From the NCBI GenBank assembly GCA_039096935.1, contig JBBPEE010000035.1, positions 930,001 to 994,000 of the forward strand: a stretch of 64,000 bases of DNA, given 5' to 3'. Both the position numbers and the translations under genes were made by a program. Each line of letters begins with the position of its first letter. The first letter of the stretch is position 1. Source of the stretch: Blastocystis sp. ATCC 50177/Nand II. Taxonomy: Eukaryota. Below the pieces are notes generated by a model. It made no database searches and was not told where the DNA came from. It worked only from the letters and a program-made list of their open reading frames with translations. Below, one piece after another: positions 49,740-60,804 of the stretch.

Positions 49740-50667
49740 TCCGCTGTGAAGTGATAATCAACCAGCAATTGTGTGAAATCCGCCGCGAGTCCACATATAA
49801 GGAGGAAAAGCGCAGCGCATGTGAAACAAACAAGAAATAGATATTGTCCTTAGTATGCAGTCAAAGTCTGGCTTATTCCTTCTTATTGTGCTTCTTCGAA
49901 TAACGAAGGTTTCTAAGGAACTTAGGGTCCACCTACGCGTCATCCGCAGCCCGATTCGCCTACTCCCTTCATGCAACGAGCGCGCTGGCGCAGAGGCTTC
50001 TTGATACCATTCTTATGGTTCTTGATGCTCTGGTTACGTGCCGTATGATGCTTTTGCTTCACCATTCTACACAACGGTCAATACCGACTCTCCCCCCACC
50101 AAAACCATCCGTGGCGTAGAAAACACCTCTCTGTGATAGAACCTACCCCTTTCTTTATATAAGGACAAAATTCTATGGCTTTAGAATTGTGGAAGGGTGG
50201 CTGGCCCCAATTCAAAATGCCCCTTATTGCACCTCAATAGGGTCTCTCTTTGAGGAGCTATGCAATGGCTGCTATAAACACTCGGGTGAATCACAGCAAT
50301 CGTGTTGGGTGGGATGCATAAAAATCTATCTTCACTGACTCCAAACGCAATGAAGTGTGTCCTGGGCGGAATAATGGAGAGAAAGGAGTGTGTTTCCCAT
50401 GCGCAAGCATACACTTCGTCTTACGTCCAGACTGACAGTTATCTTCACACAGCCTCGATGCGAAGGCCATGACACTAGTACCCCTCTATGAGCTCGGAGC
50501 AAAGGAAAGCAAACAAGAATGTTCCATAATCATCGAAGAATGGACATGAAAGAAGAGCGAGTCTGCGTCTTGATAAGGATGGATTCCTGTACGTGCGGCA
50601 CTCGAACGTCAAACCGTATGTTCAACACAGTGCAAACTACATATTTTCTTGTATTGAGCGATTAACG

Positions 50668-51297
50668 ATGAACACGAAGCTGCCTATGACCTATTCTGTG
50701 ATGCCCTGGTGGGCCCTGATTCCCGTCCTCGTGCTGTGCATTCCCATTGTTGCACTCCTCGCCCCCTATATGACCAATATCTTCCTCATCTACTTCGGAT
50801 TCAAATTCGCTTGTCACTGTCTGGAAGCGTCGAAGCAGTGTGAGGGAAAGAAGGTCGATGCGGAGCACGTCAAGGACACGATTGTGGACGCCGCGAAGAA
50901 CACCTTCGAAGATGTGAAGGAGTGCGGAATGCACATCGTGAACGCGGTGAAGCCCTATATTCCCGTGATTCAGGAGCCCGTTTTCAACATGGAGTCTGCG
51001 ATGGAAGTCAAGGAGTTGAAGGACTCGTTCCTGATTGAGATTGACGTCCCTGGAGTGCAGAAGGAAGACGTGAAGATGGAGAGAGAGGGAAATACCATCA
51101 GTGTGTGCGCCATCCGCAAGACCGTCTCTGTGGGCGAGGAGGGTGTGCAGACGAAGGAGTACAAGCATTCGTTCGATCTCCCGGAGACGGCCGATATGGA
51201 CTCCATCATGGCGAAGTGCGACAACGGCGTCCTGACGATCACCGCTCAGAAGAAGGTTCAGTTCAAGAAGGAGCGAAAGAACGTGGTGATTGAATAA
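50668..51297 (+). CDS. Small heat-shock protein (Hsp20) with a hydrophobic N-terminus
   Basis: IEIDVPGVQKEDV, FDLPETADMDSIMAKCDNGVLTITAQK and C-terminal VVIE. Confidence 0.9.
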   Translation: MNTKLPMTYSVMPWWALIPVLVLCIPIVALLAPYMTNIFLIYFGFKFACHCLEASKQCEGKKVDAEHVKDTIVDAAKNTFEDVKECGMHIVNAVKPYIPVIQEPVFNMESAMEVKELKDSFLIEIDVPGVQKEDVKMEREGNTISVCAIRKTVSVGEEGVQTKEYKHSFDLPETADMDSIMAKCDNGVLTITAQKKVQFKKERKNVVIE

Positions 51298-51341
51298 GAC
51301 AGTGCTGTTTCTTTCACAAACACGATGACTCTAGTATTACA

Positions 51342-51920
51342 CTACTCCGTCGCCCACTTGTTCTCCTCGCGAATCTACACGTCACCGCACGACTCCTCCA
51401 CCACCTTCGCTTCTTCCTCAGGAGTGAAGTCCGACTCGATGTTGAATGTCGCGCGGATCTCTTCAGGCGTTCTGCCCTTTATCATGCTCGCGATCTTCGC
51501 GCAACTACGCTCGTGATCCGTTCCCACGCCCTACGCCACGTCCAGCAGCGGCTGGATGATGAGGAAGTTGGCCGCCACCACGAGGTCCATCAGCTCCTCC
51601 GTCGGAATCTCGATGAAGGCAGCATCCCACTCGGGCACGATATCGCGCATGTTGCTGCTCTTCAGCGGTCTCTCGATCTCCGTCAGCGGGTTGTCCAGGT
51701 GGTGCTCGCCTATTCCTCAGTCTCCTTTCCGTTTCCCACAGAACGTGACCACTCGGCTCAGGCAGGATCCCTTGATGCTGCCTAAAGTGAGGGTATCGTC
51801 CTTGATGCTTCCGTTGTCCCTCATTCCCTTCAGATACTCGGACATGCTCAGGATCCTCTTGTCCGCGGTGTGCTTGTTTCCCTCCATGTCCACGAGGACG
51901 ATCTTGCCTTCTGCTTCCAT
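51342..51920 (-). CDS. SKP1: SKP1
   Basis: [59 protein letters not shown]. Confidence 0.95.
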
Positions 51921-52013
51921 CGTTGTCTTTTTTAGAAGATGGATCCAGTCACTCCAAATCGTGGGATGTCCCAACGACAGTTTTCGTTAACAAACAAGAC
52001 AGAGTACATGCAA

Positions 52014-53542
52014 CTAATCACACAATGATACAGAAATGTCGGCCATGGGCTGGTGCTGCGCCACTTCCACCTCGTGCTTGGTCGCCGCGATTAGCAGGTT
52101 GAAGAAGTTCTTCGCGGCAGCCCGTCTTCCGTTCCCCCTCGTATAGTCGCTCCACGCCATCTCCCGTTTCCCCTCCTGAATGAGCTGCTCACGCAGCGAC
52201 TCCTTCACATTCGCAACGAACGAGGTGTAGTCCATCGTCTCCTCCGTAGTGAATGTGCGTTGCACATTAGGTATAATAGGCGTGTCGGATAAAGTTGGCA
52301 CATCCGGTTGGGGCTCCTCCAGATTGGTGAGGGTGACGTCAGGCTCGTCGCCCGACAGAGGATCGAAGTCCATATCGGGCAGGTCGTATTCCTCCTCGTG
52401 GACTGGCTTCTCCGGCTCCCTCCCAGACAGCAGATGCGATGTGATCAGCTCTCCCAGCACGTCCGAGTACCCGGACAACGAGTCCATGTCCGAGTGGATC
52501 AGCAGAATCCTGCCGGAGTTCACGCAGTGGCGCTTGCCGCGGGCACGCTCCAGGTACTCGCGCAGCTGGGCGCGCGTGGCGATCAGTCCCGCCATCGGCA
52601 GCTCCAGGGCTACTCCTCATCCTCACCGCTCACTCCCACATTTGTCCAGCGGCACGGGCTGACGCTTGCGCGTGCGGCGACGAGCCGCCTTCTCCACCGG
52701 CTTCAGCAGCAATCGGCTCGGCTCGACGTCTCCTCCCGAGATGGGGTCGAAGTCGAAGTCCATGGGACCGTCCCATGTGTCCTCGACGTGCTGACTCACC
52801 GCCTGGAGAGAGGGCACGCCCACAACACTCCCATCTAGCCGTCACTTCATCCTATCACATATACCTTGTCGCGCCTGCTCCACCTCCATTTCTTGCGTGA
52901 GGAGAGACTGCTGGGTGTTGGGGGGAAGGAGATCGTCCAGAATGCTCGCCTGCGTGTACTGCTGAAGCATGTCCGTTGCGTTGTCGATGCGCGAGGAGCC
53001 GCGATTCACGGAAATGCTCAGACTGCCGCTCATCGAGTCTCCGTGAAGCTGATCTTCCTCGAAGTTCTAGAAGTCAGCAGGAATGGGAAAATCGCACCGC
53101 CTCGATCCACTTGTCCACAATGTCTCCCTGGTCGACAGACATATCCACATCCACCAGACTGCGGGCACCCGGGGCGCTCAGCAACGTGATCTGCTGATCG
53201 TTCGCGATCATGGCATCCCGGGGAAGGTCGTTCGTGTGAATCGACATCACATCGCCGATCGCGTTTTGAATACGGAGGCAATCCGCCACCAGTAGTTGCG
53301 CCTTCTTCTGCAGGATGCGAGAAAGGCCGAGGAGGAGGAGAGCCTTCATACGAAGAGGCAAAATGAAGTCCGGGTCGGCAATGCTCTTCGAGCAATTCTG
53401 TGGATGAGGAAAAGTGAGGAAGAGGAACGGCGATGGAAAGGTCGAGAAGAACGCGCTTCGACACCTTGTTCGGAGACTGGGCCGCGACCCACACTTGAGT
53501 CAGTTCTCCGCTCTTATCTTTCAAAAACTTGTAGAATAGCAT
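52014..53542 (-). CDS. Cohesin alpha-kleisin (Rad21/Rec8 family)
   Basis: N-domain VWVAA and LRMKALLLLGLSRILQKKAQLLVADC; C-terminal winged helix RRAAAKNFFNLL...QHQPMADI. Confidence 0.85.
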
Positions 53543-53827
53543 ATGTATCGATAGACGCGGAAGAAATCTGGGTTGAATTCACGCCAAAACAGGGACGACA
53601 CCCAGTCCGCGGTAAAATGAAGTGCGGTGGCAATCCATGCGCCGAACGGGCGTGACGACAAGCACGCTCTCTCATTTTGAAGTCAAAACGCAGAATCCAT
53701 CGTCGGAATTGCCAGCTCCCTCTCTTCCTTGCAAGTCGTAGGTGTTTTGTGCAAAGTGGCGTTGATGTGTCATCCCTCCTTTGTTCTGCGTTTCTATATG
53801 CTGAATGCATTTACAATGATGTGTTGA

Positions 53828-55584
53828 ATGCATCGAGCGTATAACGGATTGCTTACACACCTGTAGGGAAAAGAAGGAGACTCCCGAGACGAAGGACGCG
53901 AAGGACAAGGATAAGGGTGCTCCCTGTTTCCGGTTCATCAGGTGTAGATGAATATGTTGAGGAGGGAGACAAACTCTCGGCGTACAGCGACGATTCCTTC
54001 CAGGAAGATATCGAACCGCCCATCGTCCCGAACGTAGTCAAATCCATTGAAGCAAATCGTTGGAGCACGTGTCCCAGTTGATTGTAGAGCCGAGAGTGCC
54101 GATATTGAAGGGTCAGTATGAAAGATCAAACACAGGCTATGTGTGGATGGGCATCGTCCGTATGGAGAATCGCAGTGATGCGTAGTGGGGAATGGGCGTG
54201 GACAACACGATTCTAGGACAAACGAGTGAGTTCAAATACACGATGAAGGCCTTGGATCCTGAAAACGAGTCCTTTCCCGCGTCGGGCGTGTATTCGGGCT
54301 ACTTCTTCTACAAGACCAATGTGCCCCGGCGTGTGTACGAGAGAGACCTCCTCCTGGACTTCACGCCCTTCGGAGAGCGCTTCCAGGTGGTCGGGAAGGG
54401 CACCAACGAATTCGGCACCTTTACGGTCATGGGCGTGTTCGACCCGTCTACGAAGGACCTCACATGCATCAAAGAGCACTCGCGCCGTTTGGGACTCATC
54501 TCTAGGTACAAGCCCAAACAGCCCGCCAAGCGAAAGCCGAAGAGGCAGCCCACCAAGCCCCGCGTGAAAAAGGAGCCCGCCACGACCGTTCCCGCCAGAC
54601 CCGCCCGCCACGGCGAGAGCGCAGGCGGCGACGACTTGCAGTCGTGTGACATCCTTCTTCAGAAGCTGATGGTTGGTACGAATCGTGAGTATAACCCATA
54701 GAACCACCCGTCGGCACAACCCTTCATGCAGCCCGTGGACCCGGTGAAGCTGGGCATCCCCGACTACTTCGATGTGGTGAAGCGACCCATGGATTTGGGG
54801 ACCATTCGGAAGCGACTGAAATCGGAGGAAATTCGGTCAAAGGAGCAGTTCGTGGAGTTGGTGCGTCTGGTGTTTGACAACGCCATTCTGTACAACAAGC
54901 CGTATGACGAAGTGTAGAATCGGGACTGTTTTTGTCACGCGTAGTTCGATCATGGCGACGACGCTCAGTGACTATTTCGAGAAGGAGATCGCGGGAGTCT
55001 ATGCCTCTGTGTTCTCACAACCGAGTGCGACGGAAATCGGGACGGATTCTGTCAACTCTTCGCATTCTTCCATTCCGGTGTCTGCGAAGAAGCGATACGT
55101 GAATATGAAGTGCGAGGTGTTCGACATGATGCAGGAAGTGCTTTCTGGAATGGACGCGAGTGCATTCGCAATGGCGACTCACAAGCGACGGTACGACGAT
55201 ATCCTGGCATTCGAGAAGGAGAACGGAGTGAAGAGCGAACCGGTCGCGTGTGCGGCGCTGAGCGAGAGGGAGCTTGTCAAATTGAAAGACCAGTTGGCGA
55301 AGATTGACAAGGTCAGGCTTCTCTCCCTTCTGGCCAGCGCAGGCATCGACGCGACGCAGGGCGTGCTGGACCTCCGGTTGGTGGAGAAGGAGAAGTTGCG
55401 TCGGTTGTTGTACGTGTTGCAGAAAGAGAAGGAAAGTGCGTTTGCGCATCGTGATGGAATGGAGAGCAATTGATGCGTAGAACTGGAGAAGGAGGAGGTG
55501 AAGCGGAGGAAGGCTGTCACGGAAAAGCTGATAAAGCCCGAGAAGACAGTGATTGCAGATTTGTTGAATGCGGACAGTGATTAA
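53828..55584 (+). CDS. Bromodomain protein
   Basis: PFMQPVDPVKLGIPDYFDVVKRPMDLGTI...LVFDNAILYN; upstream GKGTNEFGTF beta-rich domain. Confidence 0.85.
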
Positions 55585-55643
55585 GTCTCGTTTGTTGAAA
55601 ATCGGTTTTCAAACGTTGGTCCCCTGTGAACAGCAGCGACAGC

Positions 55644-57579
55644 ATGTCCGATGAGGAAGTCGTTGCGTTTTCAAGAGATCAGCGTATGCCGAAGGAGGGG
55701 GAGCCCGTGTGTGTGGTACCTCCATATCGCGTGATTGAGAGTAGGTCTGTGGTAAATATGGAGAGTACATATGCGACGAAACGGAAAAAGACGTGTGCAG
55801 CTTGGAGTGCAAGCGAATTCATCTAGAACGAGTGCACCAACAACAGCAAATTGAAAACGGGGAAATCCTTGTTCCTTCGTGTGATGGTGATTCTCGTGTA
55901 GTGGTTTCATGAAACAGATGCCACATTCCTGAACTGGCGAGTGGGTGCATACTATCGGTACTGCACCTGGAGCAATCTCTACACAAACACCGATGTAGCG
56001 CTACTGTCGGTCTTGAACGTAGATTGTTGAAATACGAAGGGGATTGCACATCACAATCCGAGGTGAGTTCTACCACTCTCGTGCCCACCGCCGTTTTCGA
56101 TGAAGCGTAGTGATCTCCTTTGAAAGCATGTATATCCCGGAGCGAATTCGCGAGAACATGACGCTTCTCGGCATTGAATCTCCTACGCCCATCCAGATGG
56201 AATCGGTTGTCTATCTTTCCCCTCTTCATGTTAGGTTCCGTGCATTCTGAGTAATCGAGATGTGATTCTGCAGAGCAACACGGGAAGCGGAAAGACATTT
56301 GCCTACGTGTTCCCGTTCATCCTTCTCCAGCTCGATTATGTGTGTCTGGCGTAACCGAATGATGAATAGTACAATGCGTACAAAACCTTCACAGATTACG
56401 TCGTATTGGTGATTGTTCCCAATCGCGAGCTCGCGATTCAAATCGAGACCTTCGTGAAGGCCCTCACTGCAAACACGGTGGGAGTGCGCACCGCACTGGT
56501 GATCGGAGGCGACAGCCGCGATCAGCAGATCTACAGGCTCCACTCGAACTGCAATTTCATAATCGCAACGCCGGGCCGCTTAGTGGATATTTACAACAAA
56601 GACAAGGAGTGGAGTCCGCATTGCCATGGAATGCGTGATGCGTAGTGCAGTCGCTCATGCGCGTTGTGCGCGCGGTGGTGCTCGATGAGGCCGATCAGTT
56701 GATGAAGTCCGACTTCGAGGACCAGACCCTGTCGATTCTCCAGCTCATCACCTCGTCGTGTCTGCAACAGATCATCGTGTCGGCGACCGTGACGCAGAAC
56801 CTTCGCAGCGTCATTCTGCCGCGGCTGCAGAATCCCATCGAAGTGACGATTTCGGACATCGAGCGTCTGAACTCGTCTCTGCACTACCACTTTATCTGGA
56901 CAGAGGAGAACCAGAAGAGGAACCGCTTCCAGGCCCTCCTGAAGAGCATCGCGAAGGACAATCCATCGCATCTCCAGCTCCCTCTTGTAGTGATGTGCCA
57001 GTCACGGTTCGCCTTCCTCCCCATACTTACGCACAGACTGGAAACCGTGGAGGCCAAAACCGTCCTGGAAGCCTTTTCGCCGTCGCTTCGGTTTCGCTGC
57101 GTCACCGTTGAAACTCCCGCCGACGCCCGCCGCACGGCGCTGACGCAGCTGGGCGACGGGTCGCTGGACGTGCTGGTGGCGACGATGGGCATCGTGGGCC
57201 GCGGTGTGGAGCTGCGACGCTGTCGGAGTGTTGGGGCGTGTGGGGCATGTGACGTAGCTGGTGCTGTGGTCCCTGCCGTCCTCCATCGCGGAGCTGATCC
57301 ACCAGTGCGGGCGCATCGGACGCGACGGGGCGGAGGGCGCGGTGGTGTGCTTCTTCAACGCGAAAAACAAGAAGGTGTTCAAAGGGCTGGTGCGGCTGTG
57401 CGAGGAGGCGCACATCAAGCTGCCGAAGAGTGGGAGTGATTGGAGTGATTGACGCGCAGAGGTGAAGGAGGAGCTGAAGAACGAGGAGCTGGCGAACCCG
57501 CGGCTGACGGTGGGAGAGCTGAAGCGCATGGGGCTCTTCTCGGAGGCGGCGGCACTGCAGTGGAAGGAGTTCCGGAAGT
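55644..57579 (+). CDS. DDX59: DEAD-box RNA helicase with an N-terminal zf-HIT (DDX59-like)
   Basis: [67 protein letters not shown]. Confidence 0.85.
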
Positions 57580-57605
57580 GGCGTGTTTGTTAACAAAGAA
57601 CACAC

Positions 57606-60568
57606 TTAGTTATGGTAGCTATCCACGGTGAAGAGAAGCTTGCGATCGCCCCAAGTGTTGTCCACCTTGCCGCAAGTGGGCCAGTACTTATTGTCGCGAG
57701 CGTCCGCGCAAGGATAGGCGGCGAGCTCTCTCGAGTACTTGTGGTTCCACTTGTCGGACATCACCTCGGCGGCGGTGTGCGGCGCGTTCTTCAGCGGGTT
57801 GTCGTCCTTGTCGACCTTGCCGTCGGCAATGTCCTGGATCTCCTTGCGGATGCTGATCAGCGCGTCGCAGAAGCGGTCGAGCATCTGCTTGTCCTCCGAC
57901 TCCGTGGGCTCGATCATCAGCGAGCCATGCACGGGGAAGGACATGGTGGGCGCGTGGAAGCCGTAGTCCATCATACGCTTGGCGATCTCGTTCTCGGTGA
58001 TGCCGTACTTCTCGAACGGCTTCACGTCCAGGATGAACTCGTGGCCGCACATGCCCTGCTTGCCGCGGAACATCACCGTGTAGTCCTTGCTCAGGCGCGC
58101 CGCCATGTAGTTCGCGTTCAGGATGGCGCACGCCGTCGCCTTGCGCAGGCCGTCGATGCCCAGCATGCGCAGGTACATCCACGTGATGGGGAACAGGTTC
58201 GCCGAGCCGTAGGGCGCGCCGGACACTACGGAGCCGGGGCCGCTATGGATGGGCAGTGTCGGGTTCGTGGGCAGGAACGGCACCAGGTGCTTCGCCACGC
58301 CGATGGCGCCGACGCCGGGGCCGCCGCCGCCATGAGGCATGGTGAAGGTCTTGTGCAGGTTGAGGTGGCAGACATCCGCGCCGATCACGCCGGGGCAGGT
58401 GTGACCCACCTGCGCGTTCATGTTGGCGCCGTCCATGTAGACCTGCGCGCCGACGGCGTGGACCTGCTTGACGATGTCCTTGATGCCCTCGTCGAAGATG
58501 CCGTAGGTGGACGGGTAGGTGATCATGATGCACGCCAGCGTGTCCTTGTACTGCTCGATCTTCTTCGCCAGGTCCGGCAGGTCGATCGCGCCGTTGGACA
58601 GGTTGTTCACCTCCACCACCGTCATGCCGTTCATGGCGGCCGAGGCGGGGTTGGTGCCGTGCGCCGAGCGCGGGATCAGGCAGACCTTACGCTGCGACTG
58701 GCCGATGCTGTCGAGGTACTTGCGGATGGTCAGCAGGCCGGAGAACTCGCCGTGCGCGCCCGAGAGCGGCTGGAAGCTCATCTTCTCGAAGCCGGTGATG
58801 GTGGCGAGCATCTTGTCGAGGTCGTCGATGATCTTCAGGTAGCCCTTGGTGTCCTCGCGCGGCGCGTAGGGGTGCACATTGGTGAACTCGGGCCAGGTGA
58901 TGGGGATCATGGTGGAGGTGCCGTTCAGCTTCATGGTGCAGGAGCCCAGCGTGATCATGGAGTAGTTCAGCGACAGGTCCTTCGTCTCCAGCTTGTGCAG
59001 GTAGCGCGTCATCTGGTGCTCGCTGTGGTACGTGTTGAAGATGCTCTGCGGCAGGATGTCGCCCGTGCGCTGGAAGGCGGCGGGCATGTCGCCGCAAGAG
59101 CGCGCGTCCAGGTCCTTGGCGTCGGCCTTGATGCCGAAGCAGGACAGCAGGCGCACCAGGTCGTCGGCGGAGGTCGTCTCGTCGAAGGAGGCGGACACGG
59201 CCTTGTCGCTCACCTTGCGCAGCAGGATGCCCTTCTTGTGGGCCTCCTTCAAGAACTCGTCGGCGTTGGGCACGTCCACGGTGATGGTGTCGAAGTAGTC
59301 GGCGTTCTTCACGTTGAAGCCGTTCTCCTTCAGCGACAGCTCGAAGGCGTTGGCCATCTTGTGCACGCGCGTGGCGATCTTCTTCAGACCCTCGGGGCCG
59401 TGGTACATCGCGTACATGCACGACATGTTCGCCGTCAGCACCTGCGCCGTGCACACGTTCGACGTCGCGCGCTGTCTCTTGATGTGCTGCTCGCGGGCCT
59501 GCAGCGCCAGGCGCAGGCACTTGTTGCCGTGGTTGTCGATGGTCACACCGATGATGCGGCCGGGCATCTTGCGCAGGTGCTTGTTCTGCACCGCCATGTA
59601 GCCGGCAGCGGGGCCGCCGAAGCCCATGGGCAGGCCGAAGCGCTGGCAGGAGCCCACGCAGACATCGGCGTTGATCTCGCCGGGGGCCTTGACCACGGTC
59701 AGCGCCAGCAGGTCGGCGTCGGTGATGAACAGACCGCCCGCGGCGTGGATGGCGTCGCTGACGCTCTTGTAGTCGAACAGCTCGCCGTAGGTGTTGGGGT
59801 ACTGCACGAGCACGCCCGAGTACTCCTTGCTGGAGAAGTCCGCCGTGCGCACGTCGCCCACGACCACCTCGTCGCCCAGCAGGTGCGCGCGCTCGCGCAC
59901 GACGGCGATGGTGGAGGGGTGGCAGTCCTGGCTCACGAAGAACTTCTTGCGCTTGCACGTCTCGTGCGCGATGTGGTACGCCTCCGCGGCGGCCGTGGCC
60001 TCGTCTAGCAGCGAGGAGTTGGCGATGGGCAGGCCGGTCAGGTCGCAGATCATGGTCTGGAAGTTCAGCAGACCCTCCAGGCGGCCCTGGGAGATCTCAG
60101 CCTGGTAGGGCGTGTAGCCGGTGTACCAGCCGGGGTTCTCGTACACATTGCGGAGAATCACGGTGGGCATGTAGGTGCCGTAGAAGCCCTCACCGATGAA
60201 GCTCCTCTCGAGCTTGTTCTTCTTGGCGATGGAGCGGATCTCGTCGAGAGCCTCCTCCTCGGAAAGGGCAGCGGGCAGCTTCATCTTCTACCCATTATTC
60301 AATTTGACAGCGCCTACGTGCGTGATGATCTCCTTGGGGATCGTCTTGTTGATGAGGTCATCAAGGCTCGTGCAGCCGATGGTCTTCAGCATCACAGCAA
60401 TATCGCTGTCTCTGGGACCGACGTGTCTGTCGACAAACTGCAAATGAGCCCCATAGCGCAGAATCCTACCTTGAAGCAAGGCGCGAAGGGGCGGGCAGCC
60501 GTGAAGCAGCGGATAGCCATGCCAGCATTGGAGGATCTGCGAAGGGTCTGTCTGAGAAGACTCTGCAT
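57606..60568 (-). CDS. GLDC: Glycine dehydrogenase (decarboxylating), glycine cleavage P protein
   Basis: Presequence MQSLLRQTLRRSS; YTPYQAEISQGRLE; TSNVCTAQ; LGSCTMKLN; HLNLHKTF; PHGGGGPG; MIEPTESE. Confidence 0.96.
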
Positions 60569-60804
60569 CTACGCGATGAGATCTCCCGCCTCCGAACATC
60601 CCCTACCTTTGTACAATGGAACCGATCAAGAATAATCTGCTGTTGCGAATTGTGGAAACATGACGTTCAGTGATCGCTCATGAGGGTTGGTTACCAAGCC
60701 GAGGCACACTGACGACGCTCACTCCCACGGGAATCCGTGAGGCCTCGCAGCTCTTTCCAGCAACAAACAATCAAACACAAATAACGCGAACCTTTGCAAA
60801 GAGT

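Noticed and set aside
6270..53542. Functional cluster of chromosome-segregation genes (INCENP, Scc2, kleisin)
   Set aside because: They are tens of kb apart and interspersed with unrelated genes, which is compatible with chance in a dense genome.
57612..60008. 798-aa plus-strand ORF
   Set aside because: It is the antisense shadow of glycine decarboxylase, caused by very high GC3 codon bias, and has no independent motifs.
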